DNA from: Octopus sinensis
Taxonomy: Eukaryota
Assembly (NCBI RefSeq): GCF_006345805.1
Contig: NC_043000.1
Location: 2,294,001 to 2,358,000 of the forward strand
Direction of reading: 5' to 3'
Length of the DNA: 64,000 nt
Part shown: piece after piece, positions 37,671 to 52,188 of the stretch
Numbering within the stretch: the stretch's first letter is position 1
Layout: every line of letters begins with the position of its first letter
The notes under the pieces: generated by a model
Database searches by the model: none
What the model saw: only the letters and a program-made list of their open reading frames with translations
What the model was told of the DNA's origin: nothing
Position numbers and translations under genes: made by a program

Positions 37671-38264
37671 AATGCCCTTTCTATTGCCAACTCTCATCTT
37701 TTTCCAAGCAAGGTCAGACATGGCCAGACATGTTTTCATGGAAGATTGGAAACAAATAACATTGCTTGTATGATGGTGATTTATCTTGCTTGTGATTTAT
37801 CCCTTGGCCTTCTGCTTGTTGGTTTTGTTTTTAAAACCTGTCCATTGATCCTGGGACATTATTACCACATGTTTATAGTATCAGAGCTGTGATCTCTCAA
37901 TTCAGAGTAGTGACTCTACCTGGAGTGCCTTTCTGATCTTTGAGTTACATAATCTACCAAGTAATGTTACTCTAAAGGCCCTTTGGAGGAACCTCATTTC
38001 TACCGATTGTAATCTTTTAGCATTATCCCTGATCCATGACCATAGATAAGGTTAAGCACGAACACCAAACTAAAGTTAATGAGTTTGGCTGTTACACCCG
38101 CCTTCCTTCTGATGAATGAATGCTGAAACTTGTGCATTTCTTAGTGGCTTACATAATATACATACATACATGTGTATGATGGGCTTCTTTCAGTTTCTAT
38201 CTGCCAAAGCGAGACACAAGACTTTGGTTGGACTAGGGCTATAGTAGAAGACACTATAGTGGAA

Positions 38265-38493
38265 GGCGACATGCTGGCAGAAACGTTAGTACACCGGGCG
38301 AAATGCTTTGTAGTATTTCGTCCGCCGCTGCGTTCTGAGTTCAAATTCTGCTGAGGTCGACTTTGCCTTTCATCCTTTTGGGGTCGATAAATTAAGTACC
38401 AGTTATGCACTGGGGTCGATGTAATTGACTTAATCTGTTTGTCTATCCTTGTTTGTCCTGTGTGTTTAGCCCCTTGTGGGCAATAAAGAAATA
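38265..38493 (+). mobile_element. SINE family B nested in a decayed minus-strand SINE A (about 38160-38600)
   Basis: Host motif TATAGTAGAAGACAC is duplicated on both sides. Confidence 0.85.
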
Positions 38494-39273
38494 AGTATAG
38501 TAGAAGACACCTGACCAAGGTGAGGTGCTATGCAGCGGGACTGAACCCAAGACCGCATGATTGGGAAGCAAGCTTCTTAACCACACAGCCATACCTGCAC
38601 CTGTTTACAGTTTCTACTAAAGGTAGACTACATAGTAATGAAACATGGAGCAATGAATGTAAAAGAACAGGGCATGCTAGAGATGGATATAGTAAATATT
38701 TTCCTGTGAGTATGGTCGGCACATGGCCATGTAGCCTCCCAACCATATTGGTCAAGGTTCAGTATCACTGCGTGGCATCTTGAGCCAGTGTCTTCTATCA
38801 TAGTTTTGGGCCAGCTAAAGTCTTGTGAGTAAACTTGTCAGGCAGAAATTAAGAGTCCATTGTGTGTGTGTGTGTTAGTGTGTGCATGTGTGTGTGTGTG
38901 TGTGTGTGTGTGTGAGTGAGTCAGTCAGTCAGTCACTTGGTGCTGCTTGACAACTGATGCTGGTTTGTTTACATTTCCATAACTAAATAGTTCGGCATAA
39001 GAGACTGATAAAATAAGTACCAGGCTTAAAAGAATAAGTACTGGGATCGATTCATTTAACTGAAACCCTTCTTCAAGAAACAAATAAACGATAAAAGAGA
39101 AAGAGGTATGTCTGTATATATATATGTGTGTGTGTTTGTGTCTCATTGTCTTGACATTGCACAGGTAATGGGAAAATATTACTTTGCTTGGGAACAGGTG
39201 AGGGATGATAACAAGAAGGGTGATTGAAGATCTGCCTCTGCAAATTCTGACTGATCTATGCAGTGATGTAAAA

Positions 39274-39671
39274 TCTCTCTCTATATAAAGCTGAAGTTGT
39301 CTGTCTGTGTGTGGCAGGATTGGTAGCCTTCAACTAAAATTATGTCCTCCGAGACCCTGCGGCGCAAGTTGACCAAAATTGAGAGTATGATAGAAGAAGG
39401 CTTACTCTTCCTTCCGTAGAAGAAAAAATTCAAATCGGACCATGTTAACACCAAAAATTATTTACATCAAAAAGGTGCTTTTTTTTCCTATGAAAATCCC
39501 TATTTTTTACGATTTTTTGACTGCTGTGTCACCATTTTTTGGTGTATTTCAACCAGAAAAATGTTCCCTTAAAGAGAATAACAAGCTGCATGATGCAAAA
39601 TTTTTACTTTTCAAAAATTCCAATTCTAAAGGGTCGAAACAAACCCGAGAAATGCTGGGCGATACTGCTAG
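39274..39671 (+). mobile_element. Non-autonomous Helitron
   Basis: A|TCTCTCTCTATATAAAG 5' end, subterminal CCCG..TGGG hairpin, CTAG|T 3' end, no TSD. Confidence 0.85.
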
Positions 39672-40477
39672 TTGGATTAAAAAGATGATGATAATGATTT
39701 GTTCTTTATTTGAAGTTATGAGATAAGGAGTTATTATATTAGACTGACTAGTGTCCCCCACTTGGTTGTTATAGTCACAAAGCCTCAGCCACTGCACCGT
39801 CCAAGCCTTCTTTAGGTGCCCCCTGTATTTCGTTATTTCCTCAGAATTTCAAACCAAACCTTTTATTAAATCCATGAAGGTTAATTTACCCTCTGTAAAT
39901 ATAACAATGAATTCAGTCCCTAATTCTGCATACAACAATCACCTGACAGGATTAGATTGGATAATCAACGCACATGAATTTAATAAATGGTTCTGTTCCA
40001 AATTCCAAGAATATCACAGAATACAATAACCATTGGAAGATGGCCAGAGGATGCAATAACCAAAACATGGTGATTATAACAACCAATATAAGAACACTGA
40101 TCTGAATGTGTAAGTGTAGAATATGTCTTAAAAGTGGAGATGTATGAGCAACGCCATGTCTCATAGAAGTACCATTCTTAACTAATTTATAAAATAGTCT
40201 GGCTGTGTAAATAGTAAACTTGTTACTTACCAACACAGCACAACCACAGGTACGCTGACGTGTTGTCTTCACCCCACTGACTAATTAACTTTTAGTGCAA
40301 TTCTTTCAGGTGCTCTGACCTGACAAGCCTCTCCCGTGCAAATCATACACCTACTCCTGTTGTTATTCCTACTGTATTTCATTTATTTAATCCATCATTC
40401 CCTGAAACTGAAATCCCCTGGAACACAGATATTTGTAATCTCTCTCTTTATCTCTCTCTCTCTCTATATATATATAT

Positions 40478-40508
<31 letters not shown>

Positions 40509-40509
<1 letters not shown>

Positions 40510-41097
40510 CATCATCATCATCATCGTTTAACGTCCGCTTTCCATGCTAGCATGGGTTGGACGGTTCAACTGGGGTCTGGGGAGCCCGAAGGCTGCACCA
40601 GGCCAGTCAGATCTGGCAGTGTTTCTACAGCTGGATGCCCTTCCTAATGCCAACCACTCCGAGAGTGTAGTGGGTGATTTTATGTGCCACCGACACATAT
40701 ATATATATCTTTCTCTCTTTTACTTGTTTCAGTCATTTGACTGCGGCCATGCTGGAGCACCGCCTTTAGTCGAGCAAATCGACCCCGGGACTTATTCTTT
40801 GTAAGCCCAGTGCTTATTCTATCGGCATCTTTTGCCGAACCACTAAGTGACGGGGACGTAAACACACCAGCATCGGTTGTCAAGCAATGCCAGGGGGACA
40901 AACACAGACACACAAACACACATATATACATATATACGACGGGCTTCTTTCAGTTTCCATCTACCAAATTCACTCACAAGGCATTGGTCGGCCCGGGGCT
41001 ATAGCAGAAGACACTTGCCCAAGATGTCACGCAGTGGGACTGAACCCGGAACCATGCGGATGGTTAGCAAGCTACTTACCACACAGCCACTCCTGCA

Positions 41098-41099
<2 letters not shown>
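40509..41099 (-). mobile_element. Family C end (40509-40695) and SINE family A (40713-41099)
   Basis: Family consensus blocks present. Confidence 0.88.
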
Positions 41100-41159
<60 letters not shown>

Positions 41160-41164
<5 letters not shown>

Positions 41165-41490
41165 AGGCAGTATAACTCCAAACTTACAGGGAAAAATTCA
41201 ATTTAGTTTTAAATCAAATTTCACAGTATAAATATATAAAATATAAATTAGAGATAAAACCACTATTATGCAATTCAAACATTGATAGACATAAACCAAT
41301 ACATAAATAACAAATAATGTATATTTTTATAAAACATATACCTTATCACTAGATCTCAAAAACTATAAAAATGAATGATCAATATATAACATATTGTTTT
41401 ATAAAAATATATATTATTTGTTATTTATGTATTGGTTTATGTCTATCAATGTTTGAGTTGCATAATAGTGGTTTTATCTCTAATTTATAT
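41160..41490. mobile_element. (TA)n-flanked fold-back element, arms 41241-41336 / 41395-41490, related to 60365-60600
   Basis: Near-perfect inverted arms. The 5' part TCCAAACTTACAGGGAAAAA..TTAGAGATAAAACCACTATT is shared with 60365-60485. Confidence 0.75.
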
Positions 41491-41528
41491 TATATTATAT
41501 TATATTATATATATATATATATCAATTG

Positions 41529-41923
41529 AACCTGGGCACTAAACTGTTAATTGTTAATTAACGAAGTTAACATTTTCAGTAACAATTTAACTTTTAGGTC
41601 AACTTTGAAATTATTGGACTAATTAACTTGCATTACATTTAATTTCTGTTAACTCAAGTCAACTTGAGTTAACTTCAGTTAACTTCAATTCAAATGAAGT
41701 TAATGGATTTTATAGTTTTGGCACTTTTTAAAGGTGTTTTTAGGTGGCTTTGGAACAAAAACTGATTGTTTGTTTTTTCTATAATAAAAATTAACATTAA
41801 TGGTTTATCGATAACTTCTGTTACATTTTTAACGAATTAATTGATTGATGGTTATCGAAGTTAACTTTTGGCTAATGGATTAACAGTTAATGAAGTTAAC
41901 TTTTCGATTAATAGTGCCGCCTT

Positions 41924-41926
<3 letters not shown>
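41529..41926. mobile_element. Probable MITE rich in GTTAAC palindromes
   Basis: GGCACTA..TAGTGCC near the ends and many AAGTTAAC motifs. Confidence 0.45.
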
Positions 41927-41964
<38 letters not shown>

Positions 41965-42033
41965 GGAGTAAACACATAAATGTGAAACAAGGTGGAAAGA
42001 AGAGTACTCAAATACCAGTGGTAGAGTAATATG

Positions 42034-42199
42034 CTTTATTTAAAGCAGCAGAAAATTCAACAAAATGTGTTACTCTGAGTTTCTCGTTGCCATTCATCGG
42101 ACAGTTTTTGCAGTTTTTCTAGCAAAAACTGTCTGATGAATGGCAACGAGAAACTCAGAGTAACAGATTTTGTTGAATTTTCTGCTGCTTTAAATAAAG
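42034..42199. mobile_element. Fold-back with 78-bp arms, each carrying a hammerhead motif
   Basis: Arms 42034-42111 / 42122-42199. CTGT-CTGATGA-atg(gcaa)cga-GAA-ACTC(a)GAGT-A-ACAG at 42129-42166. Confidence 0.8.
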
Positions 42200-42682
42200 T
42201 ATATATATATATATATAAAATGTACTGTTCTGTGATGTCAAGATTAACAAAAAATGTACTCTATCTTCTGAGAGATAAATATTATTTAATAGACACAATA
42301 CATGTTTTTATGTGTTACTAATAGTTTTATATGTTGAGAAATGCCTCAAACATATGAAACTTTTAGTAAGCACATAAAAACATGTATTGTTTTTTATATA
42401 TATATATATATATATATAAAAGAAGGAGTTGGAAATACCACAGTAGTAAGTCTAATTCCCTCTTAAATTGAAATATCTTAGGCTCACTTCTGTGCTATTT
42501 CCACCTCCATCTTTTTTATATATAAAAATTTGATTTGTATGAATCTCTAATCTTTTTCCAACTATATATCTATATATATCTATATATCTATATATATCTT
42601 TCAACACGTGATCTCTTGAGCACCACCAGCAAATATATTTTTTTCCTCTGTCTTCCCTTCTCGAGATCTTTCCTTCTCCTTT

Positions 42683-42717
42683 GTTTCCGACGAAGAGTTC
42701 CGCTCGAAACGTTAAAC
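42683..42717 (+). ncRNA. Minimal hammerhead motif
   Basis: GTTT-CCGACGA-A-GAGT(tcc)GCTC-GAA-ACGT-T-AAAC. Confidence 0.55.
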
Positions 42718-42919
42718 CCTCCTTCCCTTCTTTCCTGAGCATCAAATAATACTTTAATTGTTCCACGTCCTCGCGTTGCTGTGTTTTTTTTCTGTGTTTT
42801 CTTGTTGGATTAACTTTATATATCTATATATATGTGTGTATGTGTCCTAATATCAAACAGTGAGAATGAGTGTTCAGCACCACATTGGGGGATAAATATT
42901 CTTTATTTGTGGGTTAAAA

Positions 42920-42971
42920 AGGCTACCAACGGTTTCCTGTAGAGAGAAATATCTCAACAGTTATCAAGCCT
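42920..42971 (-). ncRNA. Type I hammerhead motif, U3-A8 core variant
   Basis: Minus strand AGGC-TTGATAA-CTGTtGAGA(tatttc)TCTCtACAG-GAA-ACC(gtt)GGT-A-GCCT. Confidence 0.6.
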
Positions 42972-43084
42972 GCCACAAAGGAATGTTGGTACTTGCGTTC
43001 ATCTTGGATGAGGTATTCTCATCCAAGATGGAGATGAGTACAAATGTTCCCATGTGGAAACCTTGTTAACCCACAAATAAAGTA

Positions 43085-43111
<27 letters not shown>

Positions 43112-43116
<5 letters not shown>

Positions 43117-43304
43117 ACAGTGTTCATTTAAACACATTAAGAGGTATCCATCATAGGTCCAGGAAATAGATGGTAAATGTTTTTATGGTTCATTCTCTTC
43201 GAGAATTTATCCCTATTTAGTGGTTTGGACTTAGCTGTTCCTTCTAGCGTAAGGGAGTCCTATGATGGATACCGCTTAATGTGTTTAAATGTACACTGTA
43301 TTTT
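43112..43304. repeat. Inverted repeat with 46-bp arms in a (TA)n-flanked element
   Basis: 43112-43157 versus 43259-43304. Confidence 0.85.
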
Positions 43305-43406
43305 ATATGAATAATATAAAGTTTATTGACTAATTTTTCTATATGCTAGGCCACTGGTAGTAAAAATTTCTACTATCTTTATTACCCTGATATTATATAT
43401 ATATAT

Positions 43407-45035
<1,629 letters not shown>

Positions 45036-45122
45036 TATCTAATATAGGATAAAATTTTTCGAAAAAAATTCTATCAATGGCCAGCATATTAAAAAATACC
45101 TTTAAAAGTTAAATTTATAAAC

Positions 45123-45232
45123 AACTTATAAACAAGGGCAAAAGAAAAAATTTCTAATGCCAAATATGACGAAGTGTCTATTTCCGGCATATTTGGCATT
45201 AGAAATTTTTTCTTTTGCCCTTGTTTATAAGT

Positions 45233-45233
<1 letters not shown>
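45123..45233. repeat. 46-bp inverted repeat with 19-bp spacer, (TA)n-flanked
   Basis: 45123-45168 versus 45188-45233. Confidence 0.9.
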
Positions 45234-45270
<37 letters not shown>

Positions 45271-45833
45271 ATATATATATACATATACACACATATATGA
45301 ATTGATCAGATAAAAGAAATGAAATGAGAGAATAGACATTTATTCCATTAGTTGACAGGTATTTCGTAACCTGTTTTAGTTACATAAGCAATGCTACGTC
45401 ATCCATCAAACGAATATATAAACAAAAACACAAATTTTTTGATATTGAAGTAACACAGATAACAAAAAAGCTGTCGACTAATGTATTAAAAATTTATTCT
45501 TGCGCTGCATATCTCTTATCTGACCAATTTCTATACATGCTCTCTGTCATTGTGATTTCTGGATTTTCAGAACAACAGAGAGGTTACATCCTCACTTTAA
45601 CCACAGTTTTTCTTGATTGTCACCTGTGTTATAGAATGCACAGGTTGGGAGCAAGCGGAGAGCAATGATACAGTGGCAGCAGGCCAAGAGGACAAGATTG
45701 GGGAGTGGGAGATAATCATAGTACATGAAGCAGAAATGTGAGGAAGAGATGTAGTTTGGTTTATTGTGGTCGAGTGTGTGACAAGTTTTCTTGTTAAGTT
45801 TGGGTGGGACATACACATATATCATATATAAAA

Positions 45834-46052
45834 GGTGGCGAGCTGGCAGAAACGTTAGCGCGCCGGGCGAAATGTTTAGCGGTATTTCGTCTGTCGTTAT
45901 GTTCTGAGTTCAAATTCCGCCGAGGTCGACTTTGCCTTTCATCCCTTCGGGGTCGATAAATAAAGTACCAGTTTTGCAACTGGGGTCATTGTGATTCCTT
46001 TGTCCTTGTTTGTCCCCTCTATGTTTAACCCCTTGTGGGCAGTAAAAAAATA
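45834..46052 (+). mobile_element. SINE family B
   Basis: Full length. Confidence 0.88.
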
Positions 46053-46060
46053 CATATATG

Positions 46061-46500
46061 TTAGTTAGTTAGTTAGTTAGTTAATTTGGCTCAAAAGCAA
46101 ATAGCAAGGCCATGTAGGGAGACATGGAGTTAAGTACAGGGTGGTGTTCATGTAAAGAGTTCAGGCCACTTGAGGTCAAGGGAGGCTTTGAACAAAGCGG
46201 TCGTCGGCATCTTCACCATCTCGTCTGGCAGCTTGTTCCACGGATCCGCAACCCGGACGGAGAAAGCTCCTCTCCTTCAATTGAGATGAAATCGTCGCAG
46301 GTAGAGCTTTTCGGAATGACCCCGCAGCCGATGCTCTGGAGCAGGAGTGAAGAACAGCTCTTTCGAGAGGTTACACTTTCCGCTTATGATGTGGGCGAGA
46401 ATGAGATCACCACGGCGGCGGCGTTTTTCAAGAGAATAAAGGTCGAGCGTCCTCAGCCTTTCTTCATAGGACAAATTTTTGAGACCATGAACCATGGTCT
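46061..46500 (-). mobile_element. 5'-truncated CR1-clade LINE (second family) with (TAAC)n tail
   Basis: MVHGLKNLSYEERLRTLDLYSLEKRRRRGDLI..LRGHSEKL, followed by ..RVADPWNKLP. Confidence 0.9.
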
Positions 46501-46924
46501 TATATATAAAACGTCCCCCCCCCACTCCAATGGACGATGCTGAGTTGTCAAACATTTAAACCAAATTTTCTCAAAACAACTTGTCCGACCGTCCCATTTT
46601 GTGGCCCTCCTCATCCTCGACTATGCTCTTGCTCATCCTTTTAACCTTGAAGACAGTATCCTAGATGAATTTAAATTTATAACAGTTATGTGCCAGGCGA
46701 GGCTGGCAATGTCCACAATCGGATGGTGCTTTTTACGTGCCACCGGCACGAGGCCTGTCGGGGAGGCACTGGCAACGGCCACATTCAGATGGTTCTCTTA
46801 CGTACCACCGGCACTGGTATCACAGCTGCAATTTCCATTGATGTTGATCGATTTTGATTTTGATTTTCACTTGCCTCAACAGATATATATATATATATGT
46901 GTATATATACTCCTGTCACAACCT

Positions 46925-46968
46925 GGGACCTTGAAGACTGCTTTAATGCAAGAAAGTATACTAGTCCC
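46925..46968 (+). ncRNA. Type I hammerhead-like motif
   Basis: GGGAC-CTTGAAGA-cTGC(tttaat)GCAa-GAA-AGTATACT-A-GTCCC. One extra base in the core. Confidence 0.5.
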
Positions 46969-47177
46969 TTAATATTTGATATTCGCTATTTCATCTCTTC
47001 AATAAGACAATCAATACTTCATTTCATTATACTCCTATATATACTTTTTATACTATATATTCTACATTAATATTATAAAGAATATAAATAAAACATAAAA
47101 AACAGAGTTGGAATTTCTTTGAATAATATATATCCCTCTATATACAATCATACAAACCCCTTTATATACAAACGCTG

Positions 47178-47384
47178 GTGCGCCGGGCGAAATGCTTAGC
47201 AGTATTTCGTCTGTCGTTACATTCCGAGTTCAAATTCCGCCGAGGTCGACTTTGCCTTTCATCCTTTCGGGGTCGATAAATAAAGTACCAGTTTCGCACT
47301 GGGGTCGATGTAATCGACTTAATCCCTTTGTTTGTCCTTGTTTGTCCCCTCTATGTTTAGCCTCTTGTGGGCAGTAAAGAAATA
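47178..47384 (+). mobile_element. SINE family B, 5'-clipped
   Basis: Consensus body and tail. Confidence 0.88.
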
Positions 47385-47439
47385 TATATATATATATAGG
47401 TAAGAAAGTTGGTATGTGAAAGCACGTGGTTGAATATAT

Positions 47440-47568
47440 AGAAAATAGTAAAAAGTGAAAAAACTACAGAAGGCTTGTTTCAAAAGGTTAAAAAATATAT
47501 ATTTGAGTCAAATATATATTTTTTAACCTTTTAAAACAAGCCTTCTGTAGTTTTTTCACTTTTTACTA

Positions 47569-47574
<6 letters not shown>
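47440..47574. repeat. Near-perfect palindrome with 67-bp arms and 1-nt spacer
   Basis: 47440-47506 versus 47508-47574. Confidence 0.9.
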
Positions 47575-47600
<26 letters not shown>

Positions 47601-47603
<3 letters not shown>

Positions 47604-47808
47604 CACGTAAAAGTGCGGGTGGCACGTAAAAAGCACCCACTACACTCACGGAGTGGTTGGCGTTAGGAAGGGCATCCAGCCGTAGAAACACTGCCAGATT
47701 TGACTGGGCCTGATGAAGCCTTCTGGCTTCACAGACCCCAGTAGAACCGTCCAACCCATGCTAGCATGGAAAACGGACGCTAAATGATGATGATGATGAT
47801 GATGATGA
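47601..47808 (+). mobile_element. Family C repeat
   Basis: Conserved block plus (GAT)n tail. Confidence 0.85.
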
Positions 47809-48914
47809 TATATATATATATATACAAAACTGCTTTGGAAGTTATATTACTACATGTACATAACACTACATATAGTATACTACACCCTTCTTTTAACTAT
47901 GCTTTACTTTTTATATATAACTATATCTCACTACACCCTACTCTCTACAGAACACTGCCACCTGTCTATATCAACCACACTATTCTGTCAGCCCTCTCTC
48001 TTCATTTACTGCTCTGCAACTACAACAGATGCACTTCTTTCATCTGAAATACATCATGAATCGGGATTCTTGCCACAACAAAACTGCTTTAGGAAGCTAT
48101 ATGCAGTATTGTCAGAATGTTGCAGAATAGATGAATTCATTATATATTTGGTGCAGGTTGCAAGACATATGTGCATTATACTGTAACATTAATTGCACAG
48201 CAACCGTGTCTACCATCAGATACATCAGGTGCACTTAATATGTGTATATATTATCTGCTATCTGCACATTTATTTATTTATTGATGTTTCCAAATCGCTG
48301 CACACGTTGCATTTTCTGGCATTGACCACAAGATTCTTGTTGCATCTTTTCAGTCTGTTACCAAGGAGATTTTCAAGGTTCAACTTCTTCAATCGGAACT
48401 GATTGAACTTGTGGTCGATTTCTACTGTTAATGTTTTTATTTGATTCCTTCACTCTGGTATTTGTCTCTCCCTTATTCTCTGTCTATCTGTCTATCTGTC
48501 TATCTGTCTTTTACTGTCTTTTCTCTCAATTACGAGATGCTTGTTGCTCATAGTTTCACTCTCTTTTAAAAATTTTCCTTTCCTACTATTTCCACCATTA
48601 CTCATTCTTTCATTCTCGCTAACCACTCAACCGTGAAGTAGGGAGTGGCACATCTTTTATGTCAGTCAAATAAACTAGAGCAAAAGCAGAGCTATGTGCT
48701 TTCTCCTTCTCTCCCCTTCCCCCCCATCCTTGCTGGAAGGAACTGTGTAATAGCTGCAATAACTCACTGACCATGTGATCAGTAGTCCAACATTGTAACT
48801 TCACATTAGACATTCTTTTACATATTCCCTCCACCCCCCACTGAATGATCAAACCACCCTCATCTCATCCTCATGCATACATATACTAGATCATTTATTC
48901 TTTCGTACTTGTAT

Positions 48915-49320
48915 ACTCTTTTACTTGTTTCAGTCATTTTGACTGCGGCTATGCTGGAGCACTGCCTTTAGTCGAGCAAATCGACCCCGGGACTTATTCT
49001 TTGTAAGCCCAGTGCTTATTCTATCGGTCTCTTTTGCCGAACCACTAAGTGACGGGGACGTAAACACACCAGCATCAGTTGTCAAGCAATGCTAGGGGGA
49101 CAAACACAGACACACAAACACACACACACACATATACACATATATATATATATACATATATACGACAGGCTTCTTTCAGTTTCCGTCTACCAAATCCACT
49201 CACAAGGCATTGGTCGGCCCGGGGCTATAGCAGAAGACACTTGCCCAAGATGCCACGCAGTGGGACTGAACCCGGAACCATGTGGTTGGTTAGCAAGCTA
49301 CTTACCACACAGCCACTCCT
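48915..49320 (-). mobile_element. SINE family A
   Basis: Reverse-complement copy. Confidence 0.9.
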
Positions 49321-49779
49321 ATCTTCACTCTATCTCTACTTTGAGTTTCCCATTTTTCATACATTAAAGGGGACTTGGTTATTGTTTCTAGCAAGTCAGG
49401 CACTCCACAATGGCTTAATTTATATCATCATCACCTTCATCATCATCTGTCTGTTGTCCTCATTTGTCTGTTGTCCATGGTGACATGGGTTGGATGGAGG
49501 GATGCACCAGACTCCAGTCTGATTTGGTATGGTTTCAACAGCCAGTTGCCCTTCCTAACACCAACCAACTTACAGAATGTGCTGGGTGCTTTTATATGGC
49601 ACTGCACTGTGCAATCTGTGGTCTGTGGAATTTTCTGAATGGTGCACTTATGAAAAAATTACCTTCAATTTATTTTTCGTAGTGCAGCCAACCTAATGAG
49701 AAACCAAGTCTCATGTTTCTTGGAAAAGAGAAGCAGGGCACAGGATTTCAATGATGTTACCAAGACTGGTGTTAGTAAC

Positions 49780-50012
49780 ACAGGTGCCACTTACGTGACA
49801 CCAGCATCAGCCACAACTACAATTTCACTTGGCTTGAAGGGTCTCAAGCACCGCATATTGCCATAGGTCTCAGTCACTTGTCATTGCCTCTGTGAGGCCT
49901 AAAGTTCAAAGATCTTCCTGGGTCTACCTCTACCGCAAGTTCTCTCTACAGTTAGAGATCAGCACTTCTTTACACAGCTGTCCTCGTCCATATGCATCAC
50001 ATGACCATACCT
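49780..50012 (-). mobile_element. Decayed RTE LINE 3' fragment
   Basis: Parallels 43900-44120 (GCATATTGCCATAGGTCT..CACATGACCATACC). Confidence 0.65.
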
Positions 50013-51908
50013 TTCTTTTTGCCCAATGTATTTTTGAATGACTTGTAAAATTAAAACTTATAAAACAAGGAATTATGAAAGTGAAAGGAAACTGGGTATA
50101 TAAGCAAGATAGCATTTATGTATTTGCCTTGCAAGATTCCTGGTGCGAAACAGATATTGTTATATTTGGGGAGGGTCATATTTTTGCCAATCAGTCACAC
50201 ACACACACTCTATATACTTCGTCTTCACTTCAGCTTTATTATTATTCTTACTTTAGTATCCTAATGATATAAATAAATAGGGAAATATCTTTAAAACATT
50301 TAATAAATTTTGAAGATTTATTAGAAAACTTTGAAGTTATGAAAGTTGTGGTTGTAATAAAACAACTCAGTTATTGGTTTAATGAAATAACTTCGTAGTA
50401 ATTGCAACACTGCAACACTATGATGGTAATAACTCAACTCTAAATAGATGTAATGATATCTATACTTGTTAGAATGACAAGTTTTTGATTGCTGGTCATA
50501 AAATACCTCAATAATAAGAAAAGAACTGGCCCAGTCTCCTGTGTCTTTGCTCTGAATATTCAGTTGCAAGCTTGCAACATCCTTCGCAGTCTGTTTTGCT
50601 TTCAGAATCATATTCATTGTCAAACTTCTTTCTTCATATTGAAGGCAAGTGCACCATTATCAAATACACAATTTACCTTAGTAATATCTTTTGTAATCTG
50701 GAACACCTTATGCTGCCTATTCCCTCATCACAGAATATTGATTTCAAATGTCGGCTCAAGGCCAGCAATTTTAGGAAAGGGGCTGAGTTGATCACATTGA
50801 CCCCAGAATTCAACTGGTGCTTATTCTATTGACTCTGAAAAGATGAAAGGTTAAGTCAACCTCGGCAGAATTTGAACTCAAAATGTAAAAATGGATGAAA
50901 TGATGCTAAGCACTTTCCCTGTCGTGCTTAAAATTTCTGCCAGCTTCCCATCATAGAATATTGGCAGTTTCTCTCCAACTACATATACTCAACAGCTAGC
51001 TTCGCTTTTAGCTCCCTGATATTGTTCCTTCTCAACTCCTTTCTTCCAGTATTATCAAGTATGTCTCTTAACATTTATTGCTTTGTCTATTGTACCATTA
51101 CATCAGCAATGCCGCCTTTCATTTGGTTTGAACCGTTCTCCTTCCACAGATCTGGTTTATGGTTTGTCTCATCTCTCAATTTCCTCTGTGCTTATAAGTC
51201 TCCATCTCTTCCTCCTTCTAGTCATATCTTCCATTTAGTACTGATTTGAACCTTTGAGTGTCTGACAGATTTTCAGCTTTTCTACCTTCCTTCTCCAGAG
51301 TGTTTTCTGTCTCATTCTGCTCCTGCCTTGATGTCACTAATCACTTGTCTGCGTCTGCATTCAAAAGTTCAATCTTTACTAGGGAAACACTTAATCCAAA
51401 CCTAATATTTATGCTAGTTCTTATTGATTATGCATAAAACATTAGATGTATAATATACAACATATATAATATGATACGTACTGTATATAACATATGTCAT
51501 AGTGATTCTCATTATATTATAGAAGTTCAACATTATTTGTAATAATTAATCTGTTGTTCAAAGCAAGCAGACACGTGGAACTAATTCAGAGGTGTCAATC
51601 ATACAATGTACGGTAAACTGAATTATATATATATCCCCACCCAACTGATAATGTCCCAGCTATTGTCAACATCCATACGACTGTCTACACTACATGTATT
51701 TTTAATGTGCATAAATATCATTACAATGAAATTAATATAGTTGGTGTTGGAGGGTGCGTGGAAATAACAAGAACATTGTCTGACCCAGAAATCTCTTGTC
51801 TTGCATTTTATTTTCTTTCTTTGGAGTATATATAAAGGAGGTGTTAATGTAAACTGGCTGAATGGAAAAGCTATTATTCATAGGTTAAGAGTTCACAGCC
51901 ATGGCTGT

Positions 51909-52188
51909 CATCATCATCATCATCATCATCATCGTTTAACATCCGTTTTCCGCGCTAGTACGGGTTGGACGGTTTGACCGGGGTCTGGGGAGCCAAGGGC
52001 TGCACCAGGCTCCAGTCTGATCTGGCAGAGTTTCTACAGCTGGATGCCCTTCCTAACGCCAACCGCTCCGCGAGTGTAGTGGGTGCTTTTTACGTGCCAC
52101 CTGCACAGGTGCCAGAGGGGTCTGGCATCGGCCACGTTCGGATGGTGCTTTTTATGTGCCACTGGCACAGAAGCCAGTCGAGGCGGGG
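51909..52188 (-). mobile_element. Family C repeat
   Basis: (CAT)n plus conserved block. Confidence 0.85.

Noticed and set aside
39952-40272. 106-aa ORF with a hydrophobic stretch (also 50321-50623)
   Set aside because: No recognisable domain, non-ATG start, and no consistent splice chain.
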